A DNA stretch of 64,000 nucleotides from Octopus sinensis (Eukaryota), in assembly GCF_006345805.1 (NCBI RefSeq), contig NC_042998.1, forward strand, positions 1,612,001-1,676,000, written 5' to 3'. The translations under genes and the position numbers were made by a program. Every line of letters starts with the position of its first letter. The stretch's first letter is position 1. This document shows, piece by piece, positions 63,366-64,000 of this stretch. The notes under the pieces were generated by a model. That model did no database searches and was not told the origin of the DNA. It worked only from the letters and a program-made list of their open reading frames with translations.

Positions 63366-64000
63366 AGTACAACAATAGCAAAAAAAAAACAATAACAACA
63401 ACAACAACAGCAACCACAACAACGACAACAATAATGAGAACAATTTCATGAAGATAAAGTTCGATAAACTGAAGGAGAAAAACTGAAGAGGTGGATAAGA
63501 AAATGTCAAAGAACTTACCTAAAGGAACAGCCTGAACTTACCTGCGCATTAATCAATGTAATTTATAGGTAATTTCCCAGCGAGCGGAATTCGCGGTCCG
63601 GTTTCGATTCCCGACCGAATTTGTTTTGTTTTTGTTACTTTTTCTTTGTTTTTTTAATGCCCAGAAGAAGATAATATTCTTAGGAAAAGCATGCGCATCA
63701 CAACATAACATTTTCCTCTCCCTTTAAAATTTGGAACTTTTGAAACGGGTGGAAAGTTAACCAATACTTTACCCACGTGACAGGAATCGTAGAACAGAGC
63801 TACAATGCGTCTTTGGAGAAGAAAAAAAAACAAAGCAAAAAGAACAGCGATGATCCAGTATGGCCGGAGCCGAATGGCTGAAACTAGTAAAAAAAAACAA
63901 AAGAGCAGAACAACGGCCTTCTACTCGCCTCCCTCTTTTTTCCGCTTACTAATTAATTAAGCTGAAATCTTGAGCCTAATGAAATGTAATCAATCGATCA

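Overview
Repeat-dominated animal genomic DNA, most likely from an octopus or other coleoid cephalopod (inferred from the SINE families, (AT)/(GT)/(GTAT) microsatellite load and LINE types; not verified by search). One protein-coding gene is well supported: a minus-strand ODF3/SHIPPO1-like (CIMAP1 family) PGP-repeat ciliary/flagellar protein with exons at 34414-34003, 31413-31289 and 23087-22995. One expected internal exon is absent and may lie in the N-gap at 23321-23420. The rest is mostly transposon-derived: many tRNA-derived SINEs, decayed R4/Dong, Penelope-like, RTE and APE-type LINE fragments, a mariner fossil, non-autonomous Helitrons, hAT and pogo MITEs, and fold-back palindromes. Almost all long ORFs in the supplied track are microsatellite artefacts. 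The most interesting observations are short non-coding retroelements carrying minimal hammerhead-ribozyme motifs (one TSD-flanked 450-bp unit and three copies of a core-variant family), a pre-miRNA-like hairpin, a 282-bp near-perfect palindrome, a locally templated insertion into a SINE head, an orphan exon, and a weakly supported decayed multi-TIR coding relic at 1-6.2 kb. Repeat boundaries are approximate unless a TSD or terminal motif is quoted.
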